Positions 61,186 through 64,000 of a stretch of 64,000 nt of DNA are shown piece after piece; positions within the stretch are counted from its first letter, which is position 1, and every line of letters begins with the position of its first letter. The notes below the pieces were generated by a model. The model worked only from the letters and a program-made list of their open reading frames with translations, had not been told where the DNA came from and did no database searches. A program made the position numbers and the translations under genes. This DNA is from Microcaecilia unicolor (lineage: Eukaryota). Location: the NCBI RefSeq assembly GCF_901765095.1, contig NC_044044.1, positions 26,760,132 to 26,824,131 of the forward strand. The letters run 5' to 3'.

Positions 61186-62965
61186 CTATAACAGAAGCAA
61201 CATCAGCTTGTTACATGCAACCAAAAGCAGACTTAAGGTATCAGAACATGCAGTGACTGTCGCAGGATACGATGCGCATCACTAAGAAATGACACGACAA
61301 ATACCAGTAGTCAAAGAACACAGAGGGAATACCTCTACGCCAGCAGGAAAAAGTAGAGGCTGAACAAAGGCGAATCCAACACTGGAGATGTTATGAAGAA
61401 ATACTTTATCGATGCAGCTATAGAGGGACCCGACACGGCCCGTGTTGCGGCGAATCACACCGCCTACATCAGGGCTCAAATAAATAATTTGTCCTAAAGA
61501 ACTTATATTCAACTCTGCGTATATCAAATCAAGGAGCTGTGATCCATTCGAAATGATCAAAGGACATGCGCAAATAAACCACCGCTTGCAAACTCTGGGG
61601 GTCTGCTCGAATGGATCACTGCTCCTCGATTTGATATACGCAGAGTTGAATATAAGTTCTTTTGGACAAATTATTTATTTGAGCCCTGATGTAGGCGGTG
61701 TGATTCGCCGCAACACGGGCCGTGTCGGGTCCCTCTTTAGCTGCATCGATAAAGTATTTCTTCATAACATCTCCAGTGTTGGATTCGCCTTTGTTCAGCC
61801 TCTACTTTTTCCTGTTATGGCAATAGCAGTAACATACCATGGGCAGGACATCACTCAAACACAACATGGCTCGGAGCATAGGGATGAGGCATTGAGTAAC
61901 AACGTGAGCATCACATGCTTAACTGACTGACGGGTGCAATATAACCCACAGCCAGTCTCCTGTGGAGCCACTGTCGGCCCATTCTAGCCCTCACAACATT
62001 CCCACAACCATCACTGTGTTAAGAAAAACAATAACACTCTATCTATCCCACCTACAACACCCCCCCACACACACACACAGTGCTGCCTAATATCCAGCGC
62101 ACAGCTAAATTACCCCAGAGCACATGATATCTGCTACTGCTGGAAGCACCGAGCTTCAGTCTAACTACAAAGCAGCCCTGGAGGACAGAACTCGCTCCCT
62201 CCTCCCCCACCCCTTTAATATTTATGGTGCTTGTTAACCAAAATGCAGCACCTTCTCCCATTAATGGTCACTGCAGTGGGAAACAGAGCATGTCCTGAAT
62301 ACCCTCCTGCTTGCTCTGGTTCTCTGTGCTGTAGAAAGGGGAAAGGGTGCAGACCAGCAGGGGTTAAGGGAAAAGACACTTGAATACTTACTGCCAGACC
62401 AGCCGCGGCAATTGCACAGAATAATCCTAATAAAAAGTAACAGAGGCACTTTGTCCGCGGATATCGCCGTCCAATAGAGGAACTGAAAGCCACAAGGAAA
62501 ACAGCTAATCAGGAATTTTTCTCTTATGGGTCTGGTTCTGCTGTCTACAGGGCTCTTGCATCAAACTGGATGTCAGAGCTATAATCTACCATGGAAAAAC
62601 ACAGTACAGCTGTACCCTCCCCCACTCCGCCCCAGTCGAAGGAGCAAGAACCAGATCCAAGAATGGAACCCAAGTCTTCAACCGCTGCACCACTTCCAGC
62701 TCAAGCCAGAAGGGGAACCAACATCTAACTTCTGCAGCAGTCCCCAGTCTGAAGTGCAGGGGTTGGGATTGCAACCCATCGCTCCCAAACACTTCTCAGA
62801 AAGAGTTCCCCCCTCCCCCACATGCTAGGCTGCCAGGCCTCCCTCACAGAAGGAACAGCACCTAACACGAGAAAGATCCCCTCCACCATGCATGCCACAA
62901 AGTGTCACTTACACCTTCCTACAGTGAGGACAGCGGGCGAGGGTTCGGGCCGTGAACTCTGTCCA
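61045..62965 (-). CDS. PIP4P1: 3' part of the PIP4P1/TMEM55B gene (type 1 PtdIns-4,5-P2 4-phosphatase); last three coding exons, 5' exons outside the window
   Basis: Exon peptides [17 protein letters not shown](V), [30 protein letters not shown] and [46 protein letters not shown] match the TMEM55B C-terminal Cys motif and the two transmembrane segments. The gene lies tail to tail with OSGEP. Confidence 0.75.
61330..61810. repeat. Near-perfect long inverted repeat (arms about 215 bp, spacer about 45 bp) within a PIP4P1 intron; hairpin or foldback element
   Basis: 61335-61560 (cagcaggaaaaagtagaggctgaacaaaggcgaatccaacactggagatgttatgaag...ggagctgtgatccattcg) is the reverse complement of 61606-61806 (cgaatggatcactgctcc...ctccagtgttggattcgcctttgttcagcctctactttttcctg) with only a few mismatches. 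The ORFs 61282-61560(-) and 61553-61930(+) encode the same peptide because of this symmetry. Confidence 0.9.
62392..62482 (-). CDS. PIP4P1: PIP4P1 exon ([33 protein letters not shown]1)
   Basis: Acceptor ggctttcag|TTCC and donor GGCA|gtaagtatt; the phase completes Val with the previous exon. Confidence 0.75.
62913..62965 (-). CDS. PIP4P1: PIP4P1 exon ([17 protein letters not shown], phase-2 end)
   Basis: Acceptor cctgcatag|TGG and donor AAGGT|gtaagtgac. Confidence 0.7.
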
Positions 62966-63459
62966 CTATGCAGGCGTTGGAGAGGAAAGACATGAGAAAT
63001 AAAGTGAAAAACACAGAGAGCTGAACACCTTTCCCATGACCACCCTCCCCCCCCCAAACTGGCAAAATGCAGGGTTTGGTCTGCAGACTTTTAATCTTTT
63101 AACTTCTAGAATTTTCAGGTTAGAAACACAACTGTCTAAGATGGTTTTGAAAACATCAAGGAAACTGATATGATTCTCCATGTTATTTTGGTGAAAACCC
63201 AAAAAGATACTGAGAGAATTACTGGTTCTTCTCACTCCTTTTATCAATATTTTCAACTTGGGAAATCATACCAAAAGCAAGTACTCTCTTAATGATATCA
63301 ATCCCTATACAAACTTCAAAATACTAATATTTTGTATCACTATATGTCCATATAGGAAAAGAGCAGAAAGATATAGATGATTCTTTCTACCAAAATATTT
63401 AGCAACTAGTAGAAAAGGCCCGTTTCAGGCACAAATGAAATGGGCGCTAGCAAGGTTTT

Positions 63460-63830
63460 CCTCGGAGTGTGTATGTTTGAGAGAGTAGAGTGTGTGTGAG
63501 AGAGAGAGAGTGAATTTGCGAGTGTGTGCCTGGGGTCCCTCCCTCCCACCCAGTTCCAGTGTCCCCCCTCCCTCCGAGTTCCAGGGTAGTCCCCCCCCCC
63601 TTTTTTTTTTTATTTTTTAGTTTTTGTACAGGTGGTGCATTCCCCTCCCCTCCTCCGAATTCCAGACTCCAATCCCAGACCCCCCTCCCTCTGAATTCCA
63701 GACCCCTCCCTCCCACTCTCCGAGTTCCAGACCCCACCTCCCTGCCTCCCTCCCTCCGATTTGCAGAGCCCACCTCCCTGCCTCTGATTTACAGAGCCCC
63801 CCCCCCCCCTTGGAGTGCCTGACCCCTGGA
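63460..63830. repeat. Low-complexity region with TG/GA dinucleotide runs followed by degenerate direct repeats of about 30-40 bp of the ccctccctccgagttccaga type
   Basis: gtgtgtgagagagagag; the repeated motifs cc(g/t)a(a/g)ttccagac.cc and ccctccctcc at 63540-63790. Confidence 0.7.
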
Positions 63831-64000
63831 CCCCCCTGTTGCGACCCTCTCGAGCCCCCTTCCCGCCGCCAAACCACCACCGTCGTGTGCCTGTGCTGGC
63901 AGGGGACCCCAACCCCCACCAGCCGAAATCTCCTCGGCCGCGTGGTGTGGACGAATGATGTTATCAAGTTTGAATCAGTTTGTGCTCGTGCGTCTGATGC

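Noticed and set aside
63617-63967. The minus-strand ORF beginning MITSFVH..., which superficially resembles the PIP4P1 motif MITCRVCQ, and a Gly-rich frame resembling the PIP4P1 N-terminus
   Set aside because: The similarity is limited to three residues, or to Gly-rich composition, inside a ccctcc repeat region. I found no splice-compatible link to the PIP4P1 exons, and its 5' exons probably lie beyond position 64000.

Overview
This is vertebrate nuclear DNA, not a prokaryotic locus. It holds multi-exon genes with GT-AG introns, CR1-type LINE tails, tRNA-derived SINEs and many minisatellites. I inferred five protein-coding genes from splice signals and homology: KLHL33 (minus, 2073-6554), a Na-Cl cotransporter of the SLC12A3/NCC type (plus, 26 exons, 24403-41743), APEX1 (minus, 43823-46800), OSGEP (plus, 11 exons, 47913-56457) and the 3' part of PIP4P1/TMEM55B (minus, 61045-62965, 5' exons beyond the window). 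APEX1 and OSGEP are head to head across a roughly 1.1 kb CpG island, as in human chr14q11.2. The cotransporter gene sits between KLHL33 and APEX1, whereas human SLC12A3 is on chr16. The CDS length of every gene model is a multiple of three: SLC12A3-like 4296 nt, OSGEP 1008 nt (335 aa, as in human), APEX1 966 nt, KLHL33 2256 nt. The most unusual features are: (1) a 1512-nt first coding exon of the cotransporter, enlarged by about 15 in-frame 33-bp (11-aa) repeats between the conserved RFxV and phospho-site motifs; (2) an extra complete BTB-domain exon spliced in frame onto KLHL33; (3) several long hairpin or foldback structures (61330-61810, 31300-31690, 19240-20510); (4) satellite arrays derived from SINE tails and a duplicated composite unit in the last OSGEP intron. 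The lack of Alu elements and the presence of CR1 LINEs suggest a non-mammalian tetrapod, possibly an amphibian; this is inference only. No rRNA, genuine tRNA or CRISPR features are supported.
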